Of a stretch of DNA of 64,000 nt, positions 1 through 11,800 are shown one piece after another. The translations under genes were made by a program, and so were the position numbers. The notes under the pieces are model-generated. The model did not search any database. It saw nothing but the letters and a program-made list of their open reading frames with translations, and was not told the origin of the DNA. The stretch is taken from assembly GCA_026770705.1 (NCBI GenBank), contig JANJGN010000021.1, forward strand, positions 98,518,001-98,582,000, in the 5' to 3' direction. How positions within the stretch are numbered: position 1 is the first letter of the stretch; each line of letters starts with the position of its first letter. This DNA is from Isurus oxyrinchus (taxonomy: Eukaryota).

Positions 1-391
1 GAGAGAGAGAAGTGGAGGGGGTTGGTGTGGTTGTAGGGACAAACAAGCAGTGATAGAAGCAGATCATCAAAAGATGTCACAAACAACAGAACAAAAGAAC
101 ACATAGGTGTTAAACTGGTGATATTATCTAAACGAATGTGCTGATTAAGAATGGATGGTAGGGTACTCAAGGTATAGCTCTAGTGGGGGTGGGGAGAGCA
201 TAAAAGATTTTAAAATATTTAAAAATAATGGAAATAGGTGGGAAAAGAAAAATCTATATAATTTATTGGAAAAAACAAAAGGAAGGGGGAAACAGAAAGG
301 GGGTGGGGATGGAGGAGGGAGCTCAAGACCTAAAGTTGTTGAATTCAATATTCAGTCCGGAAGGCTGTAAAGTGCCTAGTCAGAAGATGAG
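1..391 (-). mobile_element. Penelope-like retroelement, 3' fragment (end of GIY-YIG ORF plus 3' UTR)
   Basis: Reverse complement matches 56967-57370 and 25915-26310 closely; the same spurious peptide MVG(Y/H)SRYSSSGGG..IKD.KIFKNNGNRWEKKN appears in the ORF track for all three copies. Confidence 0.9.
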
Positions 392-399
392 GTTATTAT

Positions 400-810
400 G
401 ATCTAGTGCCATAGCCCTGCATTTTCCCCATATCCCTGCACCTTGTTTCTTTTCAAATAATCATCTAATGTCCTCTTGAATGCCTCGATTGAACCTGCCT
501 CCACCACACTTCCAGGCAGGGCATTCCAGATCCAAACCACTCGTTGTGTGAAAAAGTTTTTTCTCACGTCATATTTGCTTCTTTTGCAAATACATTAAAT
601 CTATGCCCTCTCGTTCTTGATCCTTGAGTGGGAACAGCTTTTCCCTATCCACTCTGCCCTGCCCATCATGACTTTGAAATTTCTATCAAATCTCCTCTCA
701 GCCTTATCCTCTCCAAGGAAAACAGCCCCAACCTCTCCAATCTATCCTAATAGCTAAAGTTTCTCAGCCCCGGTACCGTTCTTACAAATCTCTTCTGCAC
801 TTTCTCCAAA
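400..810 (-). mobile_element. CR1-clade LINE, degraded 3' fragment
   Basis: Reverse complement resembles the 3' coding end of the other CR1 copies here (LGLFSLE.RRLRGDLIE region, e.g. 3200-3540). Confidence 0.75.
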
Positions 811-879
811 GTGCCTGCAGTTTAGCCAATCAGGGCATTATCTCCTTTAAAAAATCTGATATTTCTAATCAGAATTTTA

Positions 880-3800
880 TTAATGGTATCAAATGATAAG
901 AATCAAAGAGAAAAAAGAACACATTGTCTTAAAACTGCAAAGTCAATTTTCGTTCCCCTCTTGTCAAAGATTAAAAATCCTGCTAAAGGTGTGGTTGATA
1001 AGGAGAATACAAGGCTCAAAGAGATTAGTGCAAAATGTGAAATCTGTATAAAATATATAGGAGGGCACCTATTGTAAGCCTTTCGTGGTATGTGACTTTA
1101 GATCCATGGCAACTACCTTATTAAAGGTCTGAGACAAAGACAGAAATATTTTCATTTTACACTTGATAGACATGGCAACCAGATTTAATCTTTCAACTGC
1201 AATACATGGCAAGGACAAAAGGACAATTGTACGTAAGGTCATAGAGAAATGAATAAGGTTCAGATTTTGAGTACCAGCTAAGTTTCTGACTGATAATGGA
1301 GTCAAATTTGTTGATGACGTGTTTAAAGACGTGTGAAAATACGAACACTGTGGTTATGAATGCTGCAGCTCAACGTATTTTCAGCAATGGACTCTGTGAA
1401 AGAAAATCTTGTGATAATGGCTGAAATGCTGCACAAAATCTCAGCAGATCAACCAAATTGCAAGTTGACAATTGCATTAGCACGGAAGAATTTGCTTCAG
1501 ATAGTTGGAGTCTATAATCCATTTCAGTTGGTCTATGGGAGGAATCTCAAATTACCTACAATGCTGGGCAACTGTCCCCCAGCCCGAGAGGGGACTACGG
1601 TTAGTTTAATTTTTCTGCTTATTTGAATGTCATATATGCAGGGAAAAGAACTTTTCTCAAGGCTGAGGTCTCTGAGAAAATTCTCTGAGGTAGACTTTAA
1701 TTCTGGGGAATTGATGTATTACAAAAGAAAGGGCCATAAGAAATGGAAAGGTCCTGGTAAAGTAATGGGGCGTGAGGGTAAGACAGTGGTTATCAAAGAG
1801 GCAATCAAACCATTAAGGTTAATTCCTCACAGTTAACTAGGATTGATTACAGGGTGGTAAAAGGAGGAGTAAGGCCGATTAGGGACTTAAAAGGGAATTT
1901 ACACGTGGGCAAAGGGTCCATGGCTAAGGTATTAAATGAATACTTTGCATCCATCTTTACCAAGGAGGTAGATGGTACCCAGGCCATGGTGACAGATGAG
2001 GAAACTCTGTCACTAGAAGGGTTCAAAATTGATAAAGAGGAAGTGGTGAATAGACTGTCAGTACTTAAAGTTGACAAGACACTAGGACCAGATGAGATGC
2101 ATCCAAGGATATTGAAGGAAGGGAGGGTAGAAAGTGCAGGGGCACTGGCCAAAATCTTTCCATCTTCCCTAGACTCAGGGAGATACCAGAGGACTGGAGA
2201 ATTGCAAACATTACGCCCTTGTTCAAAAAAGATTGTAAAGATAAGCCCAGCAATTACAGACCAGTCAGTTTAACTTCAGTGATAGGCAAGATTCTAGAAA
2301 CAATTATTAGGGATAGAATTAGTAGTCATATGGAAAAATATGGTTGATATGGAAGAGCCAGCATGGATTTCTAAAGGGGAAATCTTGTTTAACAAATTTG
2401 CTGGAGTTTTTTGAAGAGGTAACAGAAAAGGTCAACAAGGGTAGTGCTGTTGCTTTATTAGTAGGGACATAGAGGGTAATGGTGTACATGGACTCTCAGA
2501 AGGCATTTGACACCATGCGACACAACCGACTTGTGAGAAAAGTTATTGCTCATGGAATAAAAGGGACAGTAGCAACATAGGTACAAAATTGGCTGAAAAA
2601 TAGGAAGCAGAGAGTAATAGTCAATGGATGTTTTTCGAGCTTGAGAAAGGTTTGTAGTGGAGTTCCCCAGGTGTCGGTTTGGATCCTTGCTTTTCCTGAT
2701 ATATATTAATGATCTAGATCTTGGCGCACAGGGGACAATTTCAAAGTTTATGGATGATACAAAGCTTGGGGGTGTTGTGAACTACAAGAGGACACATAGA
2801 CAAGTTGGTGGAGTGGGCAGATAGGTGGCAGATGAAGTTAAATGCCGAGAAGTGTCACGTGGTGCATTTTGGTAGGAAGAATATGGACAGACAATATAAA
2901 ATAAGGGATGAAATTTTGAAGGGGGTGCAAGAGCAGAAAGACCTGGGTGTATATGTGCATAGATCATTGAAGGTGGCAGGACAGGTGCAGAGAGTAATTA
3001 ATAAAGCATATAGTATCCTGGGCTTTATTAACAGGGATGTAGAGTACAAGAGCAAGGAGGTTATGCTGAATTTATATAAAACACTCGTTCGACGTTAGCT
3101 GGAATATTGTGTACAGTTCTGGGCACCAATGTGTTCACATCCTTCCAATAATAGTGCAGAAGAGGTTTACAAGAATGGTTCCAGGGATGAGAAACTTCAG
3201 CTATGAGGATGGATTGGAGAGGTTGGGACTGTTCTCCTTGGAGAGAAGGCTGAGAGGAGATTTGATAGAGATGTTCAAAATCATGAGGGGATTAGACAGA
3301 GTAGATAGGGAGAAGCTGTTCACACTCGTAAAAGGATCAAGAATGAGAGGGCACAGATTTAAAGTGTTTTGCAAAAGAAGCACATGTGACATGAGAAAAA
3401 CTTTTTCATGCAACGAGTGGTTTGGGTCTGGAATGAACTGCCTGGTAGTGTGGTGGAAGCAGGTTCAATCAAGGCATTCAAGAGGACATTAGATGATTAA
3501 TTGAAAAGAGATAATGTGCAAGAGTACAGGGAAAATGCAGGGCAATGGCAACAGGTCATAATGATCATTCTGGTGTAGACATGATGGGCCAAATAGCCTC
3601 CTTCTGTGCCATTAAGATTCTGTGATTCCGTGATTACAAACTCTCAGAATCTAAGCAGCTTTTAGAAAGTGATCAGGCACCCTGTACCTCAGGTACTCAA
3701 GTGTTTTGTGATGACAGTCCTGAGAAACAGAATACAACAGATCAGGGGCTGGACGGTGATAGTTTGAGCGATCATGATGCACAGGACAGGGCTATCACAT

Positions 3801-4950
3801 CCAAAGGCCACGTGCTTTAAATGGGGCCTTGGGTGACAAGTGTTCTAGAAGAGCCCAGTGAATGGAGGGATGGGACTATTGTAGAACGCGCTGGAAAAGC
3901 TACTGGCAAGTTTAAATACAGGTTAAATATTCAAGGCAATGGCCAAGAAGTGAGGTTCATTAACTGGCAGAATGGGGTAAAATAATGGAAAGTAAGAAAG
4001 CCCAGTGAGAGTTCTAATAGTGGGTGTGAGAGTGAATCTTGTGTTACAAAATGGCCACGTACTGGAGAAAGAGTATCTGACCACGTGAGAATGAGATCTT
4101 ACAGTAGTCATCCCGAAAGACATTGAAGTGCAAACAGTGGCCGCAGCTAAAATAGATTACACAATGAAAGTAGAGCTACAGAACAGTCTTGAGTTACGAC
4201 TAGAAGCTGAAGTCCTCATGACCGAAGTTTAGGTGACTGCAAATAAACAAAGAGTAAACTAATAAGAGAGGCAAAACAAAAGGGATTAGATAGCGGGAAG
4301 GAATTTGTAGTTTACTCTGAAGTACAAGATAGAAGACAGCCAGCCCTGTCACATGGATGGACGTGTATGGAAACGGTCCTTGCAAATGGGACTTATAAGA
4401 CTAAAGCAAGACAAGCTGCTTGGAATTTTGAAGGGCTACTAGTTGAAACAGATGTTAAGAGTAGACTCTACCACATTGGGAAAAGTAATTCTGAAAGTCT
4501 TTTTTAGCTCTATTGGTCCCATATTCATGGGAGCGTTGATCAATTGACATAAAAGCCACATTTTTGCATGGTGATCAATTTCAGGCAGAAAGGCTTTTGA
4601 AACCGCCTAGAGGCGAGCAATCCAGAAGTGAAATTTTGGAAACTAAACAAATGCATTTATGGCCTGAATGATGCCACGAGGGTGTGGTATTTTTCAGTGA
4701 GATCTGTTTTGCTGAAAGTAGGCTATGTTCAACTAAAAGCAGATCCTGCAATGTTTTATTGGCATCAAAAAGGGAAATTTCAGCATCTTCATGATGCATG
4801 TTGATGATTTCTAATGGGGTGGTACTGTGGAATTTTAGAAATGTGTTACTAACAAGATTAAAGTGGAATTCAAGATTGGAAGTTAGGTTTCAGTGGCTTT
4901 AAATATATTGATTTAAACATTAAGCAGAATAGGTCAGGAGTAACTAATTC
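880..4950 (+). mobile_element. Degraded Ty1/Copia-like LTR retrotransposon pol (integrase then RT), split by a CR1 insertion
   Basis: Integrase-like VPAKFLTDNG (~1271-1300) and NPFQLVYGRN; YYKRKGHKKWKGPGKVMG (ORF 1627-1836); RT motifs WKLNKCIYGLNDATRVWYF (~4637-4695) and IFMMHVDDF (~4785-4811). IN-before-RT order is Copia-type. Many stops and frameshifts; no LTRs seen. Confidence 0.75.
1852..3630 (+). mobile_element. 5'-truncated CR1 LINE (RT C-terminal half) inserted in the Copia remnant
   Basis: ORF fragments LNEYFASIFT, GPDEMHPRILKE, WADRWQMKLNAEKC, RRLRGDLIEMFKI; (GATTCTGT)-like tail; TGATTACA direct repeat at 1844-1851 and 3631-3638. Confidence 0.9.
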
Positions 4951-5281
4951 TATTGCCACCGCATCAAAATTGAGTTAAACATCCTCACCTAACAGGCTAA
5001 AGCTGAAGGATATTAATATGAGAGTGTTCTGAGAAGTGAATAGGATTAAAATATTGGCAGACCTCCGGGTCATCAAATTTACCCTTTCCATACACTGATC
5101 TACACCGATACAGATACAGTTCCATTGGTTTAAATGTGCTTTCAATCTGGGTCATTCATGCTGAGCAGAACGCACTAGCACATGTTGAAAGTTCTGGTTT
5201 TCTTTGTAAGAATAGAATATACACAACAATGGGATCAAGATTATTTCTCTTCCTTGGCTGCTGCCTCTATAGTATAATGTC

Positions 5282-5808
5282 TCACACTACTAAATGGCGC
5301 AACTTAAGAGGCTTGGCATTTTTATCAATATCAGTCAGAGCAAAATATGGAAAGAGTTTCTCAGTGAATGTGTCAGTGTAAGTGAAGAGATGAGACATGT
5401 CATCAGCATTGTAAAATGACAACTGTCCTCCCTCGTGGTCCAGGTAAACTCCGATGGTGCTGGGTTTCACACTCAATTTAAAAATCTCATCAGTCTCATA
5501 ATTATCTCCATTTGTCAACGACAGAGTCCAATATCCATTTTCAGGGAGAGGATTGATTTCCCCCTTTCGATTGGCTGACTCAGTGGCCACACCAATAAGC
5601 CAGTTAGGGATGTCCCCTACTTCCACCTCCCAGTAGTGTTTCCCTAATGTGAATCCCTCTGATCCCAGGACACAGGGAAACTCATCGAATCTCTCTAAAT
5701 TATTAAAAAGTGGTACTTCCATGTCACCGAGTTTCATGCTGGTTAGGTTGTCAGACAAGATAAGCTGAGGATGTGCTGTGTTTGGGTCGAGAATCAGTGG
5801 CACTGGAA
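5282..5808 (-). CDS. TRIM gene 1 exon 6 (PRY-SPRY/B30.2)
   Basis: LDPNTAHPQLILS, ERFD..PCVLGSEGF..GKHYWEVEV, IGVYLD.EGGQLSFYN, FTEKLFPYF motifs; an alternative in-frame acceptor lies 6 nt inside. Confidence 0.95.
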
Positions 5809-8800
5809 CTTGGAAGAAATAAAAATAACAAAGTTAAACGTGACACACTAACAAATACAAACAATGGTTACTCATTTTTAGTTACATGTAGATAATTCTC
5901 ATTTAATAGAAAATATGTATTTCCCATTATAAATGAATATTTCTATAATTTACATTCCTTGTGGAAATTAACTTGGGTTTAAAATGGGCATTATTGGATC
6001 TGTTATAGGCCCCCAACCAACTTCAATAGGACAGAGTATTGAACTCCATGTATAGCAGGTGGCTGATGCCCTAAGGCCTGTTTCATGTCCCTGCTTGAGA
6101 CAGGCTTTTGAAATTAAGAGAACAAATTCCTATTTCTTTACTTTGCACTGAATTTACAATGATGCGGAAAATCACTTTCTACAACCTACTACATGTGCAA
6201 AGTTTGAGCTCCTGAAGATAAAGAATATTGGGGATTGTGACATTTAGAATTTTGAACACCCTATGGTGGAGGTTTGTCCAGATTGTGGTGCTAGGTGAGC
6301 GATAATCCATGGACCAACTGTGATACACCTGGCCCAATATTCAATTCCATTCAAATTAATGCAGTTAGTATCTGAGCAATGTACTCACAGACACGGTAAG
6401 TAGCAAGTTCTTTCCTCCTAATTCAAACATATCACAGCCATTTTACATTAGGTTAAGCCGGTGCCATTTGGTAAATAGTAGGTCATGTCTCACCAGGAGA
6501 GATGATCTCCTTCATTTCTTTCCATATTGCATACAGTAAAGGTCCTCTGAACTCGCCCAGTGTCAGGACATTGAATCCCACCGTATCTTCATCATGTTCT
6601 TCAGATCCACTTCCACTTCCTTCATTTCCGCTTTCTTCACTTTCATCATCATCATTTTCACTATCATCTTCATCATCAGCATCATCTTCATCATCAGCAT
6701 CATCTTCATCATCATCTTCATCATCAGCATCATCTTCATCACTTCCCTCCTCTCCTTCATTCCCAAGGCATCTGAATTGGGTTGACAAATTGATTTAACT
6801 TCTGAAAATAATGTCATATCTTCAATATGTATAAAATTATGGGTCTAAATCATACACACCTTTCTGGCAATCTTTTCATTTCCTGTATACAAAAAATAAA
6901 TAAAATGTGAATTATATTGTTTTAGTATATGAAACAACTTCTACTTCACAATCACTGGGTAAGAAATTGTGATAAGGTCTACTGTGAAATCTGAATAAAT
7001 GGTTCTGGCAATCTGAAACTAGACATCTTGGTAGCAATAAAGCATACTGGACAATCACCCAGGTACCAGTTCCTTTGCATATAAATATTTATCTGTAATA
7101 TATTTATTTATGAACCGTCCAGAGAGAGCCAACACCGATTTGTAATGGTTAAGTGACATGTAGCTTACCTAACAGAATTTTAATAGGAAGTTACTGACAT
7201 GCGAGGTGAGGAGTGACTGTAGGCGCTATTTACATGGATTCCCTGAAGGCATTCAATAAAGTTCCACACAAGAGACTATTAGAAAATATGTAAGTGCATG
7301 AATCTGGAAGAACCTATTGAGATAGACAGGGAATTTGATTAGTGACTAGGAGACAGAGAGTCAGGATAATGTGTCTATATTTAAATTGTCAAGGTGTGAC
7401 TATTGTTTTTTTCTCCATGGGTCTGAACTTTTTAATCACATTTCTCATTGACATAGATGAAGGAATGAAGAGCATATATTCAAGCTTGCTGACAGCACTA
7501 AATTATGTGGCTCTGGAAGCAGTATGGCTGGGAGCAGGAAATTGCATTGGGACATTGATAGATTAAGTAAGTCGACTAAACTGTGATAGATGGAGCTCAA
7601 CGTGAGGAAATATGAGATCATCCACTTTACACCCGAGAAAGATAAATACAAATATTTTGAAAATAGTGAGAAGTTAGGAACCAGATGACTAGAAAGATTT
7701 ATGGAACTATGTACAGAACTCACATAAAAGTTAGCAGAGAGGTAGAAAACAATTTAAAAGACTAATGAAATGTTGGCCTTTATCTCCAAGGGGCTTCAAT
7801 ACAAAGGAAATTATGTTACACTTATATAAAGCTTTGGTTAGATCCCATTTACAGAATTAAGTTCAGTTATGGGCAAAGCATCTCAGGACAGATATTTTTT
7901 TTTTGGAGCAGGTGCAGCACACATTCTCCAGGATGATACTGGAGCTAAATGGGCAAATGATGAGGACTTAATCATGGTGTTCAATATGAGTACATGATTT
8001 GAAAGGGTAGATAGCTCAGAGCAAGGAGACATAAACATAACATTGATATTGACAGATTTCTGTTAGGCAAGGATGTTAAGGGACAAGCAGCCAAAGTGCA
8101 TGAATGGAGTTAAGTTGCAGATCAGCCCTGATCTAATTGAAGAGGCTCTCAGGGATGAATGGTCCACCCTGGTTCCTGTGTTCCTATTTGTAATCTCACA
8201 TCTGCACTCATTTCCTGCATACCACATTTTACTTTCTACTGTCGTGTTTTGGCACATTTCTATGTCACTTTTCTATTACAAATTCCTACATCCATATTTA
8301 TAGGGGAATTCTCCCCCATGTAAATGAGTCACAATGTGATTCCACCCTCCTTCCAGCGATGGCACTGCAGCACCTACATTTGTAACATCCAGTATCTCAG
8401 CCTGTACAGTGGAGAAATTCCTAGCCTCTGAAACATTCACTTTGTCTCAAATTGGTCTAATTGGTGTGGTTTAGTTATAAAGAATATTATTAACTATTGA
8501 TAATGCATCACCTTAAAATAGGATTGAATTACACCTGGAGGTCTTATGGCGCAGTGGGTAGTGTCCCTGCCTCTAAACCAGAAGCTCAGGGTTTGAGTCT
8601 CACTCCAGGACTTGATGGTCAAGGAAGGTGTGTTTATAACATCACAAACCAGGCTGAGTGTCAACCTGTATGTCTTTCCAACATGTGCCAATGGCAGGCG
8701 GCAAGAGTGGGAGAGATTACTGGTCAGCGATGTGATGGAAGGAATATTGTGCGTCTACCATCCAGACTACAAAAAGTGTATGCTGCTGCAGCAACCTGGA

Positions 8801-11800
8801 CTTCCTGAGTGAACTGTAATACCACCAAAGCATGGGCCAGTGTCTATTGCACTGTAACCCTGCTGCACCAGAAATCCATATTGCTAGGTTGGTTTTGACA
8901 GTTTCTCTGGAGAAACTGCAGATTTCAGTTTGTTTTTCACCTAGTCCACAGCAATTCATGGCCATGATAATTTTAATAACTAGGCCTCATTACATCAGCA
9001 GTCCATTGCCCAACTAAAAGCAGTTGCTGGCATCTGGGAAATTAGCTGCCCTTGACCACATGTTGGCACTTGGGCATTTGTCAGGTGGTGTTTGGAGGCT
9101 TGTGGTCAGGGATGGAGGCATCTGGAATAACGGGGCCTAAGTTTCCCTTGTGAGGCTAAAGCAGAGCACTTCTGAAATTTACTTCACCTTTAGCAATCCA
9201 ACACCTTCACCTAGTGGGAAATCAGCAGCAATGTTGCTGCTCTTGGGGGCATTTCTAATGGGGCTGATTATATCATTGGATGCCTATTAACAGAGGGGAA
9301 ATAAGATCCCACTGGCTTTGGGAAAACAGCCTGCCAACTGTCCAGGGGCATCTGTTAAAATAGAAAATGACCAAATCTTGGTGGCTTTCCAGCAAATGAG
9401 CAACCCAGGACATTTTAATTGCCTACCCGCAAACTTCTGCTGAATAGATATGGTTAAAATTTCTCCTCCTTAGATTTCTCCCAATATTTTGAACTATATT
9501 TTGATTACACATGCTCCCATCTTCCTATCCAAAAAGCCCAGTTTCAGCTTCCAATCTCTATATATTTGTTTTCTCTTCAATAAACTTGAATGTTTCTATA
9601 AATCTCAAGTGCACTTAACATTTACTGATCACATCCAGATCTGGTCAGCCTCTCTATTTAGTCGAGACTCTTGAGAGGGTTTCTGGATGTAGGATTCCCC
9701 AACTGTCTTCACAATGATGTTTGAACACACTGTTTCCTCACTTATTTACCAACATCCTCCTTAAATAGTCTGTTACCAATTATCATGAACATTATGAATT
9801 ATCAAGAACCTTAAAATGTTTAACCTGGATTAAGAAACTGGAATGTCTCAATTACTAAATTCTCAATGTGAAACTATCATGCAATTACTTCTTTGTGTTG
9901 AGGCAAACAAACTGACCTAAAGTAACAGCGAAGGCGTGTAAACTGTCTGTAAATTGGAGTGGCCAGAATATATCAGGGTTTTTAATCCTGATCACTATCA
10001 TTAACTGAAGGTATGGACAATTGCCATTTCACTGCAGCCCAGAAATATACTGGAGCTCATACAGACTCAAGCATGAAGATCTGCTGACCTTTGGCATTCA
10101 TGTAAATGTACCCAGTATCAATACTTAGCAAAATGTGATTCAGTTGGCTGTGATAGATACTCACTTCCACACTGTCTGCAGATTTGCATTATAGTCATGC
10201 GAAAACATGGCCACTTTAAAAAAACAGAAGCACTTGTCCCTTAACATTATCACCTAATCCCACTGATCATTTAAGTTGTCTACAAGAGCAGATGTGGTTA
10301 CCTTGAGAAAAATGATGTTGTCTTGCTGGTCAATGACAGCTTGAAGGTTAGATATATCCTCTTCAAGGGGCTTTAATTCTTCATCAATCACTGCTAAGTT
10401 TATCTTCATTAATTGAAAATCTTCCTCTCGGTGCATCGTGAGTTCTTCAATTAAGCAAGTTTCTTTGTCTTGAAGATATTGGTGAATTTTGGCAAATTGT
10501 TTGGAGATGTGTTGCTCCAGGGTTCCTGTGAGTTCCTAAGTTGGTGAGAGATAACATAAGAAATGGGTTGTATAACAGTCACACAGTATTGGGTGGTAGT
10601 GCTAAACTGGTGGCATTGCATTGGCCACCTGTTGATATTAAGTTCTGTTGAAGACTGGAAATGGAGATAGAGTGTAACAGTCAACAATACGATACTGCCA
10701 ATTCAGCATTATAGCCCAAGAGAGATTTTGACACAGCAATATCTAAAAGTTAGACTAATTGGACTTACATCCAGTTCTGAAATCTTCTCCTCCTGCTGAT
10801 GTTTTAATTCACTTTTGCATTTCTTTCTGTCCTCCAAAGAATCTAAGGAGGATTTCAGCTGGACCTGACAATGAAAACAGATCATTCAAAACTCATCCTT
10901 TTTCTAATTTGTTTCTTTGTTGTTTTTAAATAGGTGGAACTTAGAATGGGGGCAATGCATTAACTTAGCTTCAATCTCAAATATCAGAGGCACAAAGTGT
11001 CACTACCAAGTGATGATGTTAACTAGGAAACTGGCTAATATAAATATACTTTCCCAGCCAGAATGGAGATAAAAGAAAGGCTTGATTTTAAGCAGTGCTT
11101 TACCTAACCACACAGCATTCAGAGAACTTTACAGCCAAAGAAGTACATATGAGATTTAGTCACTGTTGTAATATAGTAAATGCAGCAGCCAACTGCCAAA
11201 CAGGCTGACCAACAGTTGGCGAAAAAAAATTGAGCAACACTTTGACACGGGAGATTGTATGACTAGGGCGGAGGTGGTGGTAGGTGCTGCTCAGCTTGTG
11301 AGATTTGGGTTGGTAGTGGGGTATGTTTGTGGACCTGTAAGAATGTGAGGTGGTGGGGGTGAGGGGGGGACGGGCTGGAGTGCTAGTGAACCTTCTAGCC
11401 ATGAGAAGGTTGCTGGCTAGCCCGATATGGCAGGCTGCCAGTGCGTACTGTACATGCCCTAAAAACCTTCAAAAATACAAGGCACACTATATGCCTGCAG
11501 CAAGCAACCCAAGATATGGGACAACTGCCTCAAAAAAGGGCAGTCCCATAAAATTCGGGATGGTTGGTCACCCTGCTTGCACACTCCAAACTTTCACAAG
11601 CAGCAATGTGATAATGACCAGATAACCTGTTCTTGTGATGCTGATTAAGGGATAAATGGTTAATGTCTTGTCAATTACATTATTAAGGTTAAGAGGAAAA
11701 GGTGATGAGTATTACGTGTCTTTGAGCACATATAAATAGCGGGCAGCTGGGACACTGGGTGGGAGGCAAGCTGTGAGACTGAACAAGTCAATAAACTCTC

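Noticed and set aside
6502-6817. Ser-rich, Met-rich and Ile/Phe-rich ORFs
   Set aside because: Alternative-frame and antisense readings of the acidic repeat in TRIM1 exon 5.
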